A stretch of 64,000 nt of DNA. It comes from Gnetum montanum (taxonomy: Eukaryota; Plantae; Gnetophyta). Numbering within the stretch: position 1 is the first letter of the stretch; each line of letters starts with the position of its first letter. Positions 23,800 to 37,900 of the stretch are shown piece after piece. The stretch is from contig MNCI01002523.1 of assembly GCA_015680685.1 (NCBI GenBank), forward strand, positions 254,278-318,277. Reading direction: 5' to 3'. Below the pieces are notes generated by a model. It was not told the DNA's origin. It worked only from the letters and a program-made list of their open reading frames with translations, and did no database searches. Position numbers and translations under genes: made by a program.

Positions 23800-26700
23800 G
23801 GGCATGGATTATGGGGCATGCAAGGCTTACAATCCTTTGGGAGGCTATTGGCTTCAACCACTCATTTGGGTGTGTTAGCCTTAGGTGTTTCCTTGGTTGT
23901 TGTAGGTGCATCACCAAGAAACTCCACTTTTGACACTTGCTCCATGTCTATGTTGTCGACAACCGAAGAGGAGGTGTTATCACTATGAATGATAATTTGA
24001 CCACCTTCATATGGAAGGTGGACTTCTTAGTGGATGAGAGAGGAAATGGTCCATAGTTGGACCAGCCAAGGCCTTTCTAGGATTAGGTTGAAACTTGGCA
24101 TCTCCTCTATGATAGTGAAATCTACACTGGTGGGGAATTGCTCTTCTACCATGAAGGCTAAGTTGATTGTACCCCTAACAATGATGCATGATCTGTTGAA
24201 AGATTTTAGACACATAATTTTGGATGGCTTGATTTTTTCTGCCAGGCATAACTTGTTGATGATGGAGTACAGGACTACATTTGTTGCTACACCATCATCA
24301 ACATGCACTCTGTGGATGGTGCACTGCCCAACACGTATCCTAATTGACAATGAAGCTGTAGTGAACTCCCCTCATTCAGGGTTAACCTTGATTACATCAT
24401 CGTGAAATGCTAGGAATGTTAAACCTAATTCTTGTGGTACATGGGGCAACATCATTGAATAGATGGTGTTCTCATTTGTAAGGATGTCTTCCATAATAGG
24501 AGTGGAGGCCAATATCCAAGCCAATGCTTAGTGATGAGCAGATGAGGTCATGACCAAGTCATACAAGCTCAACATTGTGTTCTTTTACTTGAACGTTTGT
24601 TTCATCTAGGTTAGTGCAACTATGAAGTCCTTGTCATTGGTTGTTGTGTTGGCCTTGACTTCCTCCATGTAGCTTGAGAGATGGATCTCTCTTGAGGGGA
24701 CTTGGGCTTGGGTTGCTTAGCCTACTTGGGGGTAGGCGTCCCAGTGTTCAATTGTTGCTTGCTAGTTATGGCCTTTGCCTTGGCCATGGGGGTTGTGAGG
24801 CACTTGTTCATCCTCTTGCATTGCCATTTGGTAGGCCTACCTAGGTTGTTAGTGGGGTTAACCCTCGAAGGAGGAGAGGCCAAGTATTACCCATTGTTGG
24901 GCTTTAGGCAAGTGAGGGGCCATCACATTGTGATACCCTTATGAAAAACGGTGGTTCAGGAGTTGTTGTGGTGCCAACTTGTTATGGCACCTTGATGAAA
25001 AAAGGTTGCTTAGCAGTTGTTGTTGCTACATCATGCCAGTTTAATGTCTTAATGGATGATTGATGTGGGACCTTTACCATGAAGGGTGTTGTGGATGCCC
25101 GAGGTGGTACTTTGATAACAAATGAGGGCCTCTTTCTTGTGGAGGCTGAGGGGATCCTTGCCTTTCTATGAGGCACACAGATAATAAAAGGTCGTTGTGT
25201 AGGTTTAGACTTGCCACCTATGCTAATGGAGTTTATGATGTAGGGGGTGTCATCTACATTGGATTGGCTCACTACATCATGCACCAGTTGGTCCCATTCT
25301 ATCATTCTTTGTAGGTTATCCTAAAAATCATGATAATTATCCATATTATGACCATACAATTGGTGGTAATGATAGTATTGGTTCAACTTAAAGTGTTGTA
25401 TGACTAGGGGCTCATTTGGTATTGCTGAGGTGGGGTTCCTTAGTAGTTCGTAGTACCTTTCATGTGTTTGATGGGAAATATTTGATACATGTTTGTATTG
25501 GATTCATCCAACTTTTCAGAGTTTCTCTAGTAGTTCAAAGGGTTCCATTGGTAGCAATGTATACTTTGAGTAATCCTTGCACTTAAAGTTGGGCCTTGGG
25601 GCAGCCCCTATAGACATAGGCGAGTTGGCACTAGAGTTGATGGCTTTGTGAACTAGGGCCTAGGGCTACTTAGCCATCAGGCCTTGGTTGATTACTTTTG
25701 TACTTATGGCCACTATTTCCACTATTGCATTTTTCTTGTATGCATGTTGGTTTCTATAGGCCACATAGGTTGGGTTATTACTAGCTTGGGCTACCTCTTC
25801 TATGCCTTTCATTTGGGAAAAGTCTTGGTTGAGAGACTTCAGAGCTAGGTAATACAATTTGAACTTGATGAAGTCATTCATTGCATCCTTGAAGATGGCC
25901 AATAGATGTGTCTCTGCTAGGGGTTCACAATGCAACATTCCAACATTGGAGGAATTTAGGCATAGGCTCTAAGTGTCCTTGCTTGACCTGCATAAGCTGG
26001 TTGAGGGTTGCTTCAGGCTTTAGGTTGTACCTAAAGTGTGTCACAAAATGGGTTATGAGATCCTCCAAAGAAGAGATTGAGGCCTTGGGTAGCATGCAAT
26101 ACTAGTCTAAGCCCTTTCTAGTGAGTGACATGGGGAACACATGCATGATGGCATGTGGCCAAGCTTAAAGGAGTAGGAACTTAGATTGAAATGTGGCCAA
26201 GTGTGTGGTGGGGTTTCCTTTACCATTGTACTTGGTGAGTTAGGATAGCTAGACCCCAATTGGGAGAGTCAAGGGTGGAACTATAGGACTTATGGGGTCA
26301 TCTTGGTACAAAGTCCACCATCTTGACGATTTCAAAGGAGGCAACTTTACATTGATTGATTTCCTTCGTCAAAATTTGGATTAGCTGAAATGCTTGATCC
26401 AAGCTTGGGTATGTGCCAACTAATTATATTGGTTGGGCTTGTGTTGGTTGCATAGCATAGGATCATATTGTTGGTTGCAAGGTTTGTCAATTTAACGTCA
26501 TAGCAGATAATCATTGCTAGTTTAACATCATAGCAGATGATCAATACCAGTTTAACATCATAGTAGATGGGCACTACTAGTTTAACATCATAGAAAATAG
26601 GCATTGCCAATTTAACATCATAGTGGATGGGTTCAGTTGATGTGTTGGCTGAGCGATGGGTGCGGTGACCAAAGTAGGTGGCACACGAGTGGGTTGGATG

Positions 26701-27100
26701 GACAACGCAGGTGCTAATGAGACAAGCAAGCCATAGGATGCTTGAATCATTTGAGGTTGGGAGGTGACCCCTATGTGAGCATAGGGTTGGGAAAATGTAA
26801 TAGTTTCTTGCAAGGAAGGATAAACTGGCTTGGTTACCATCTCAGAGAGGACAAGTGGACTGAACTGAGGGGGAGGGCATACTAGGGAGCAGTTGTTGGA
26901 AGATAGTGTAGAGGGGGCTCTCATGTTCAAAGTGGGTCTTGAACTCATCTACTTCCTCTTGTCAGGCTTCTTTGTAGGTTGTCCCTACATCATGCTCATT
27001 TTCACAGATGAGATGGAACAACAACTAATGGTAGAACTCCATGAGTGGAATTATGTTTAACAAGGAGGGGTTGTACTTCCATCCATCCCGATGGACTCGT
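23800..27100 (-). pseudogene. gag: gag-PR of the non-autonomous Tat element
   Basis: HRVHVDDGVATNVV, FNLILERPWL (24027-24350); EPLAETHLLAIFKDAMNDFIKFKLYY (25666-25938) matches 1031-1471. Confidence 0.88.
26490..26630 (-). repeat. 30-bp tandem repeat CTATGATGTTAAACTAGCA... (5 copies) inside the gag 5' region
   Basis: TTTAACATCATAG at 30-bp spacing (26491, 26521, 26551, 26581, 26611). Confidence 0.9.
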
Positions 27101-27297
27101 TCATTATCCTATTTTGCCTCCTAGTCAAGGTAATTCACTAGTAATCCTGCTTGGATTTTGGCACAAAAAAATTATATTATTTTTATCTTAGTGTGACACA
27201 CTTTGGATGGATTGTGATGTCAAATGTGTTAGATACTGATGTGGAAGGTTGATTTGGATTCATGTTCATAGATCAAGTTGTGAGAGTTCCTATTTGT

Positions 27298-27520
27298 AAA
27301 AAATGGCTAACTTTGAAAACTACAGAAAAATGACTAAGTCTAATAGTAGTAGAAAAATGGCTAAAAATATAGAAAAATGGATAAGTGTAAGAATGCACAA
27401 AAATGGCTAAGTATGGAAATTGAAAAAAATTGACTAAGTATAAAACTATAGAAAATTTGACTAAGTATGAAAATGTAGAAAAAATGCTAACTATGAAAGT
27501 TGTTGAAAATAGCTAACTTT
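27298..27520. repeat. A-rich ~27-bp tandem repeat AAAAATGGCTAAGT in the 5' leader
   Basis: About 9 imperfect copies. Confidence 0.75.
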
Positions 27521-28407
27521 GGTGCTACACTTACTACAGTGGAGTTGGCTATGTTCTAAGAACTTGTTATGCTCCCTAGAGCACCTAGAGTTTAACACAA
27601 TAAATACACTTGGGATTTCATCCTATGGGGTTCCAAGGGAAATGACAACTAGGACCAATCTATACTAATTGAATCATAGAAAACTCATGTGCTAGCCTAT
27701 GATCCAACTACTACCATGGCAAGTCCACAAGGGTGTTACGTCTATGCTAGCTCAAAACTAGTAATGGCGTGTAGAAAGCACATGGGACTATCCTTGAATA
27801 AAGAAGGAATAGGAGGCCCTTTTACTAGTGCCAAAAACTATAAAAATTCAAAAATTCAATGGCTGGAATCATTGAGGGATCAATGGATGCATAGCCTTAA
27901 CCTCATCTCCACATGAGGGCTTTGCTGGAAATAGAGGTAGAGCACCCTAAATAGTCTTATTGATCGAATAGGAACTTTGCTGGTTCCAACCAGGATGGTG
28001 GGTACAACCGGAGAGTGGCATGGTTAGCCGAAATGCAAGTCTAAATAATGCAAAACAATGTTAAGTATCAAAGTGATGCTTCATGGTGCTAAGTGTAGAG
28101 TTTAGCCATAGAATGGGGGTGAGCAAAGCTAAGGGTTTCAACCAAAATAAGGGTGTTAACTAGTGGAGACTACTGCTCGAGCATAATGCAGTGTGACAAC
28201 ATGTGAAAAATTCCAAAAAGTCATAAAAAAATACAATAAAATGCTACAAATAAGAGAGAGAAATGGAACATCACCCTAAATGGGAGTGTAGTTAACTCCA
28301 AAAGGGTCTCAAAAGGTACAAAGTATATAATAGGCATAGTGGAAGCATAGTCACAATCTCGACGGTGTTAGGCCATGAAGTCTAGTGCTTGTTGGGTTGG
28401 CCACCAT

Positions 28408-28720
28408 AGTGTACCATGTGGTGTTCTGTAGGGTTGAAATGGGGTCACGATGTACTATGCGATGTAGGGCTACAAAAAGGCCACAGTGAAATGTGCAATG
28501 TAGGGTTGCAATAGGGTCATAGTGTACTATGTGATGTAGGGATGCAACAGGGCCATGGTGTACTGTGTAGTGTAGGGTTGCAATGGGGCCATAGTGAATT
28601 CTAGGTGTAGGGATGCAATAAGGTCATGGTGTCCCATGTGATGCAAGGTTGCAATAGGGTCGTGATGTACCATGTGGTGCAAGGCTGCAATGAGGTTGTG
28701 GTTTACCATGAGGTGCAAGG
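28408..28720. repeat. 36-bp tandem array in 5' LTR (~9 units)
   Basis: Homologous to 19958-20455. Confidence 0.88.
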
Positions 28721-29249
28721 ATGCCTCTCTACCAATGTGATGTGCTCTAGGTCTCATTTGCCCATGGAACTAAGTGCTAAGATGCCAAAATGCCAAATGC
28801 CAAATGAAAGTGCCAACTACTAACCCGGTGAAAATGGAAGTCAACCCCTAAAACATTAAGGCACAAGGGTATTTATAGGGTTAGGGTTAATCCAAAATGT
28901 AGATTGGATGCCACATGGCAGTGTAGTAGGTGGGACTATGAGAAAAATTTTAGAAAATTTTCTAAGTCTAAAGGTGACCAAAAAAAGTTCAAAAGTTCTT
29001 TTACTCTAGTTGCTACGCTCTTCTAGCATTACATGCAGGACATGAGATGCTACTCGAGAATAGAGTGTATCATGGACACTTAGGAGAATTTGGTAAACAT
29101 TGTAGTCTTTGTTCTTGCTACGTTAGCTACACTTTGGAGCATAGTAGGAGGGGTAGCCTCAGGAGTTAGAAAATCTACCAAATGCCTCTTCCATGTTGAG
29201 CTAGCTTGATAGCTTTTGGCTTCACATTTAGGAAAATTTGGCCACTGAG

Positions 29250-30175
29250 GTGTTGGCTATGCTCTAGAGTGTAGAAAGGGCAATGGAAGCATAACACAAC
29301 ACTTCGAAAATTTTGTAGCTTGTTACACTCACCCTGTGTTATGTGCAGGATGTGTAACTTAGCAGTTAATGTTTTTTTCCAAAACTAGTGTCTTGTCCTA
29401 GCTATGCTTTAGAGCATAGTAGGGCAATGGGAGCATAGCACAACACTTAGAAAATTTTTTTTAGCTTGCTACACTCACCCTGTGTTATGCACGGGACACG
29501 TAACTCAGCAATTAGAAAATTTTTTGCAAAACTAGTGTCCTGTGCTAGCTACACTAGCTATGCTCTATAGTGTACCAAGGGCAATGGGAGTGTAGCACAA
29601 CACTTAGGAAAATTTCTACAGCTTGCTACACTCACCCCATGTTATGTATAGGACGTGTAACTTAGTAGTTAGAAAATTTTTTGCAAAATTGGTGTCTTGT
29701 GCTAGCTATGATAACTATGCTCTAGAGTGTAGTAGAGGCAATGGGAGTGTAGCACAACACTTAGAAAAATTTTTGTAACTTGCTACACACCTCGTTTATG
29801 TGCGGGACATGTACCTTAGCAGTTAGAAAAAATTTTGCAAAATTGGTATCCCATGCTAGCTATGCTCTAGAGCATAGCAAGGGTAATGGGAGCGTAGCAC
29901 AACACTTAGAATAATTTTTGCAGCTTTCTATACTCACCCCATGTTATGCATGGGACACATAACTTAGCAATTAGAAAAAATTTTGCAAAACTAGTGTCCT
30001 ATGCTGGCTACACTAGCTACACTCTAGAGCATAGTAGGGGCAATGGAAGCATAGCACAACACTTAGAAAAATTATTGCAGCTTGCTACACTCGTCCCATG
30101 TTACACATGGGATGCATAACTTAAAAATTTTTTTGCAAAAATGGTAGTTAGAGCTAACTACACTCAACACTTAAA
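29250..30175. repeat. ~150-157 bp tandem array in 5' LTR (about 6 units plus partial)
   Basis: Homologous to 20975-21780. Confidence 0.9.
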
Positions 30176-30299
30176 AAAATTGAGAAAAGTACTACCATTT
30201 TGACACTTAGCCAGAATTGCAATTGAGACACCGCAACCCAAAATCTTATGATGTTTCACTGTAGAATAGTGATGCCAGGGATTATCCCATTAAGGCACA

Positions 30300-31800
30300 A
30301 TGTCTTAGGGATCACCGGTTAAAAAAAAATTATGAATCTATGAAGAGAAAAGGATTTGATGATTTCCCATTCTTGATATACCAAAAAGATGATGGAGAGC
30401 CCTTCTCTGGGGATTTTCTATTCAATGAAATTTCTCTCTTTGACTTTGGTGAAGGAGGTCAAAACTAGAACATGCAGTCCACAATTCACAATCCTAGTTT
30501 AGGTAAGAATGAATCCAATGAAAAAGAAGAATCTAATAAGGCAAGTCAAGGTAGGGATGCAGACAAGAAACAAGATCATGATCATGATCATGATCACTGA
30601 AGACATGGTAGTAGGCATAATGATGATGCTAGTCCTCCTTACTCTTCACCTTCATCATCATCATCATCTTCTTCCTCTTCTAGAATTTATTGCAACCACA
30701 GAGGGTGAGACCATGATGGAGGTGATCAATAAGACCAAAATGATTAAAGGGACCATCTAGCAAGGTAAGACCAAGGACACAGGCATTCAAGAGAGACTTG
30801 ATGCCATGAAAAAAGGGGTAGTAGAGGGCATCATAGGCACCAAAATCAAGGCCTTGATGAGCCTTTACTTACTACCAAGAGTATGCTAAACATCTCAAAG
30901 GTAGTATGAGTTTCAACAAGGTAGGTAAAGGATAGTTAGATCAAAAGGCTAGATATGAACAACATCCCTCAGTTTGAAGGGGGATATAACTTAGATCCAT
31001 AGAACCATATTTAAGCTTTTCAAGATGCATGTGCCTTGTAAAATATAGAAAATAAGTGGCAAAAGCTTAAGTTGTTCCCATGGACATCCATTAAAGAAGC
31101 TAAAGATTGGTATCGGTTCTTAAAACTAGAATCTATTAGATGATGAAGTACAATGCTTGAATTGTTTGATGACAAATATCAAACATACTCTAGAGTGTCC
31201 AACTTGAGAAGATAGATCCAAGGATGAAAACAAGGAACACATGAACCCTTGGATGCCATCATCAGCTAATACTATTCGTTAATGCATAGATGTCTCGGCC
31301 ATACCATCAAGGCAATAGTATCCATATAGGTAGCCAAACCCTTATGGATACTATGTGTAGCATCCAATATCTCTAGGGAATGCTTTAGTCCATACTTCTC
31401 AATATTATCTTCCTAAGTACTATAGATCCACCAATCCCAGGATGGATTCCAATCCATACATACATCAACCAGTGATTGGTAGATTAAGTCAACCTTCCAA
31501 TCCTTTACCGCTAGTGCCATCACCTGTAATGTAAGGGAAGTTATTTTCATAGCCATATAAAAAGAATGTAACAAGGGTAATCAACATATAGGAGGAGGTA
31601 ATCATGAATGAACCTCAATCAAGGAATATCTATTCTTTTGAATAGGTCTAGAAAAGGTTTGAAGGATGGGTATCCCATCTACTTCAACCTCATCCACACA
31701 CATTCCCCCAAGAACCACTAAAATTCCATTCTCTACTAATGCAAACCTAACAAATATCATGCTCACTTAGGTTGTCACACACTAGATAAAGGTAGGAGCA
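30300..31800 (+). pseudogene. gag: gag of Athila-like element
   Basis: DP*NHI*AFQDACAL...KLKLFPWT..KEAKDWYRFLK...FDDKY at ~30990-31190. Confidence 0.7.
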
Positions 31801-32099
31801 CTTCCCTAGAAATGAATAGACCTAGAAAGTTCCTTGGTGTACCTCCAAATTGCAAGACATAAATCATGCAACGATTTAGTTAATTCTGGGTTAGGGATAA
31901 ACATGATATCATAAGATATGTATATGGCCTAGAATCTTTCACCATTAAAGTAAAGTAACATTTTTCTAGAGCTTGTAGACCAATCAATCATAGTTCGACT
32001 ATGATAGGTAGATGATGTCATTACTACCATTAGTGGCTGGTCTTATCCTATTTATTAGAGTGGCCAATAAATGGCCAACAACATTTGCATGGTCTTATG

Positions 32100-34235
32100 A
32101 TGAAATAACTAGCATTGATCCACACATTTTTCAACATCAAATATACATAGATCCAATTATTAAGCCATGACACCAACCACCAAGAAGGTTGAATCCTAAG
32201 CTCCAGGAAGTAGTAAAGTAGAATTGAAAAAAATTTTGAAAGCAGGATTCATCTACCCCATTGTAGACAAAAAATGGGTTAGTCATTTGGTTATTATTCC
32301 AAAGAAGGGTGGAAAGTGGAGAGTGTGTATTGATTTTCAATTATTGAACTCTACAACATTCAAAGATCATTTTTTTTGTTTACCAAGTCCTGGATACCAT
32401 TGTAGGACACTAGTACTATAGTTTTTTTAATGGATATAATAGATATAACTATATCTACATTGCACCAAAAGACCTATAAAAAATGGCATTCACTATTTCA
32501 TGGGGAACATTCACTTATAAGCAAATTTCTTTTTCTCTCTATGATGCAGTCACTACCTTTCAAAGGCTAGTGTTGAGCATCTTCTAAAAATAAATAGGTA
32601 ATGATGTGGAGGTATTTATCAATGATTTTTCAACCTATGGGCTAGACTTCAAACAAGCATTAGACCATTTAGAGCAAGTATTGAAAAGATGTGTAGAGAC
32701 AAACTTGAAGCTCAATTGGTAAAAAGGCCATATAATAGTCCAAGATGGGATCATTCTATGACATAAAGTTTCACAGAAGAGAATTGAGGTAGCTCTAGAG
32801 AAGATCAAAGTTATATAAAACATCACTCAAAGGCAAAAAATTGTCAAAGATGTTAGATTATTTCTAGGAAACATAGGATATTACAAAATATTTAGAGGAA
32901 ATTTCTCAAAAATAGCAGAACTGTTGGTGGAAGTAACCAAGAAGGATGCACCATTTTAGTGGATAGAATCATGTGAGAAGGCATTAGAAACCTTAAAAAG
33001 TTAATCAAAACACTAATCCTCTAAGCTCTAGATTGATCTAATCCTTTCCACATCATGATAGACCCTCAAACTATGCACTAGGTGCAATACTAACACAGCT
33101 AGATGACTAGAAAAGGCCATACTACATACATTGTGCTTGCAGACACATCATCAGGTCATAGCTCAATTACACCATCATAGAAAAGAAGCCTATGGTAGTG
33201 GTGTACATGCTAGAGAAGTTTAGACACTATGTGCTTGGGTATCTAATTTATGTCCATACAAATCATAGTGCAATACAATTCTTAATGAATAAACCAACAA
33301 TAAGTTCTAGGGGGATCATATGACTCATCATATTACAAGAATTCGACATTATCATGATGGATAAGAAAGGCACAAAAAATGTAGTAGTAGATCACTTGTC
33401 AAGGTTGAGATTAAAACCACAAGACCAAGAAGAATCATTATCAGATCAATTTCCTAATGAAAACCTATTCACAAAGGTAATAATGGATGTTGACTTAACA
33501 GAGAAGTCATGAACTACTGATTACATAACTTGTTTAACCACATAAGAGCTTCCTATTGAGTGAAGTAGAAAAAAAAAAAGAGAATAATTCCTTTACAAAG
33601 TCAAAAGATATGTGGAGATAAATAGGAATCTTTATAATATTTGTGCTAAAGGATTAGTATGATGGTGTGTACCAAAGCCAATCAATAGAGGGTCCAATAG
33701 GAAGCAACATGAAGGACCATGTGGTGGCCATTAAGCTAGTTGTAGGATAACATAGAAAGCTACTTTTGCCCTATCCTATTTTGGGATGTCCATAACTTCA
33801 CTCAATTTTGTAAATGATGTCAATGAGATGAAGGTATAATGATAAAAAATGAAGGACCATAATAATGGATCCAATCGTTAGAACAATATGATATTTGGGA
33901 AACTAACTTCATGGGATCCATCACACCAATGTCAAATGGGAAAGCTTATATCATAGTGATCATGGATTATTGTATAAAGTGGGTAGAGAAAACTATAGTT
34001 AAAGATTGTATAACCAAAATAACTATCAAATTTTTTCAACAATATGTGGTAAATAAATTTAGAGTACTAAGGATGTTTATCTCAAATAATGAAATTCATT
34101 TTATAGGTGCTATCTTTAAGAAGATCATGCAGTAGGCCAAGGTAAATCATAAATTAACCACATCATATAATTCTAAAGAAAATGGTCAGGGTAAAGTAAC
34201 TAACTAAGAAATTACAAGGATATTAACTAGGATGG
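32100..34235 (+). pseudogene. pol: pol (RT, RNase H, N-terminal integrase) of Athila-like element
   Basis: LKAGFIYPIVDKKWVSHLVIIPKKGGKWRVCIDF, KDHF, FINDF, LQEFD..NVVVDHLSRL, HEGPCGGH, IMDYCIKWVE. Confidence 0.88.
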
Positions 34236-35229
34236 TGATGAGCAATGAGGTACCTATATTCCCAACCATACTAATCACAAGTATTCATACATGATCCAAT
34301 TGAATTTTATGGATGGGACTAGTTGTGCATATAAATCATTATGCCTTGATCATAGTTTAGTGTCTTTCCACTTGGACTAGTGGTAGCTTTGTCACATATG
34401 ATTTAGTCTAGAGTGAGGCATATGATTCTTGATGTTGTTGGGCCCTAAGCTACTCCTAATGATAAAGAAATTAATTGTTTTAATCTAATTAGTAATTGAA
34501 AGTAAAGTCTAACTAGCCTTCATCTGATGAGTATCCATTCCTAGCTTTCTATACACACCTTGGACTTCACGTGGCTATTGTTACGGTTACCAAGCATACC
34601 GTTATTAGGCCTATCGAACAATAATACTATTGGGCTAACAAGTAGTTACACTTAAGCACTTACAATTAGTTGTATTCATTCCACTTGATAGGAATAATAA
34701 ATAGCAATGAATGATAATATTAACTAAAGAAAATAGTAAACATTTAAGCAATTAAAAGCAGTAATAAAGCTAAGTGGATGCTACAATGATGGAAGTAATC
34801 TCAATCTTTATTGCTGAATATGTAACATGTCAAAGTACGTCACACTCAAATAATGATGTCGTACAATCACATAACATCACACTACAGGCATGCACTAGAA
34901 ACTAACAAAGCTTGAAATAAAAAATCATCGAATCTAACTCTATTTTCTATATCCAAACATTGCATACAAGTGTGGTATCTATAGGCATGCATGGAAGAGG
35001 TGATATTGAATCCTTGACATTAGAGGTTATACCCCCATGACATAATACAAACTCATCCTTGAGTTAAAGAAAATGAGGAACAAGTTCTTTACAAAATATT
35101 AGAAAGGTATGGGATTATTGACTAACTTAACTAGACACATAAATTAACTTTCCATGTCATAGTGGTGTTTTAAAAAAATGGACACAACATGACAAAACAT
35201 CAAAATTGGGGAAAAGTCATGTAGTTCCC

Positions 35230-37900
35230 AGAGGTAGTGGCTCTTCCATAGGTCACTTCCCCTTGTCATTAGGCTTCTAGAATTTGTAGCAATTCAGGAG
35301 CACCTACAACTTCTTCTCCTTCGTTCTTGGATCATATACCATCTAGGCTAATGAGCCGACATGTGCTAGAGTTGGTACATCCCACAGACATGGCAGTTGT
35401 GGGAACATCTTATTTTCTTTCACGTACCAAGTTGCAAATTACCAACATTTCTCCATGAAGGCCCTATCCTTTTCTTTTAATTCATGGTAATCTATCAATA
35501 TCTTGGCTAGTTCTAAGGCTACATCTCTTTGCTAATGGTAGCAACCCTTAATTACTTCTAATTCTGAGTTTGCCATGTGAAGTTTTCATAAAGCACTTTT
35601 CTTGTCTACAAACTCTTTTTCATATAGTGCATAGGTAGCCACTACTTAGGTTGACTTGCTATTAACATGGTGAGGTTAACATAGTAGGGGTTAGCTAATG
35701 CCATGTATTCTTTAAAATCCTTAATTTGTAGGTCCTTATTCTTTACTTCCTCTTGATGAACCAAGGCATAGCTATCCAAGATTTATTGTCAGTGAAGATT
35801 CTACACTAACATGGAACTGATGAAGGCCTTTGCCAACTAGATTTCTTTTTCATTAATCTATTTCTACATGTCAATTTGGTCCCAAAAGTTCTCCTTCAAC
35901 TTTTCATATTTCTTAGCCTTTTTTTGCGACGCACATACCTCAATTGCAAATTTTTGGTGTATTGTGTAGACCTTCTACATTAAGAGGATTTAATTTCCTT
36001 TAGCCAATCTACTTATGTCTTGGTTAACCCTCACCAATTGTCCTTTCAACTAGTGGACACTTTCTTCCAAAATATTTTTTTATTTCTCTACAATGGTCAA
36101 CCTTGCATTATCAACAACAAGTTGTTTATTCTCTTCTTGTGCAATGATCAATGCCTTCTTATGGGGATATGCTTGAGCTTAGATAGTTGAGGCATTTCAG
36201 ACCACTTTCTCCTTTTCTTATTTAGCAACATTATTTTGCTTAATCAGTTAACCTAGCTACTCTGTTTGAAATTGTTTCCATTGATCAAGCATGATGAATG
36301 GGGTAGGGTCCCATCTTTCAGCTCTTAGGGAAACTAGCTCTTATTGCAGTCAATACACTTCTATTTTTGCATCCTCTACCATGGTCTCTGCCATGACCAA
36401 CTTTCCTTTTGTGCAATGAGGTATAACTAAACTATAGTGACATCACTAGAGATGTTAAAAAGAGTTTTCATCACTTTTCTAGTCTGTAGTAATCTTTCAA
36501 GCACATCCTCATGGGTCGTAGGAGTCATCGAAGTCCCAACTAGCATTTGGGCATCTTTGGTCCCAATCAAGTCCACCAAAGGCACAATAGACATATTAAA
36601 AGATTCTTTAATGTGATCTATGATAAATTCTATTATGCCTACCACAACTTGGTGCTACATGACCACAATGGTAGCACCTTCTCTTATTTCAAGTATTACT
36701 TGAAAAGATGCGGTGTCTCCAAAGATCTACTATAACCATTGGGATTTTCCTCATAATTGTAAAGAAATATACCCCCTTGATGGATCAGTAGAAAATATGG
36801 GATGCACAGCATCATTGATGATAAGGAAGAGGTTTGATTCAACACTACTTCCCTAATAGAGAATTTTAGCTATTCTTTGCACATGGCTCATTATAGGTCT
36901 ATAATCTTGTAGCAATGGTAGTGGAACTTGTGGCTATTTCCATTGCATTGGTTCTTGTTCGGGCTTCCTTTCAAGTTCTTGTTTTAGCTCCTTATCTAGT
37001 TCTTATTCTTGTTCCTCACCAAGGACTTTCCTTGGTGTTGCTAATTTGAGTAGTTCAATGAATGAAGCATTTTAAGCCCTCATGAAAACATCATTGGTGT
37101 AGCCTAGGATTCTGGCATGCTTGCAAAGCTTTCTGATTAGGTAAGGAAATGGGAGTGTTGAATTTTATACCTTTCTTTCCTCAAACCACCTTTGGATTTC
37201 CATGAAGTACAATTGGGCATGATTGACATTATATTTTCCCATCAAGATTGCACTTCCTTTGGCCACATAAATTGATATTCTATTGAGCCATTTAGTTGGG
37301 AAAAGATTGTAAGTATCAATCTTCAAGTAAGTTCTCTCTTCCAAAATTAGCTCATTGTATGTTTTATTATCTCTATTATATGCCTACTTCAACCATAAAT
37401 TTCTAGTTTCTGCATTAGACCTTGTGGATAGATGCACCACCTTGGCCTCCACATTTGGTAGGTTCAGAGCCTCTATGATTGCCTTGACTAAAAATGAGAT
37501 AGTGAGTTCACCAATATTGACTATGGTGTCCTCTTCCTTATTATGCCAAAACTTGTATGTCTCACTGAGGTAACATTCTCCACTTTTAGAGAGAATGTGT
37601 CATAGAGGCAATGCTTGAAGTTGAGTTCTATCTACCTTAGGGTCAAATGCCATGAATGGCCTGAAGTTCATTTCCAAAATGACCGTGGTCAACATGGATT
37701 TCTCCTAGATGGCTTTGAGACATTCTTAGAACAACGTGACATGTTGTCCTTGCATTGAAGCTTGTGGTTTTTTAGCCTCTCTTTGGACCGACTGCCTTGT
37801 AGTAGGAGCCTCTTGATGAATGCTAAATGACTAGGCCTCCTATTCTTCATGTTCACCTAGTGGGCCTTGTTCTCCTAGTCAACCTCTACCACCTCCCAGG
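35230..37900 (-). pseudogene. Athila-type additional ORF (ORF2/env-like) of the nested element
   Basis: TLPFPYLIRKLCKHARI motif near 37110-37160; homologous to 46.1-49.0 kb. Confidence 0.75.

Larger units (their letters stand above)
19379..30258 (-). mobile_element. Non-autonomous Tat-family element (gag-PR only) with two ~2.4 kb LTRs
   Basis: LTRs 27839-30258 and 19379-21857 are homologous; PPT CAACAAAGAGGGGCCAT at 21858-21874; PBS-like TGGCACTAGTAAAAGGG at 27817-27833; flanks GTATA/CTGTA match only 3/5. Confidence 0.88.

Noticed and set aside
30509-30760. ORF with poly-His and IM repeats
   Set aside because: Off-frame reading of GATCAT/CAT microsatellites in the gag N-terminal region
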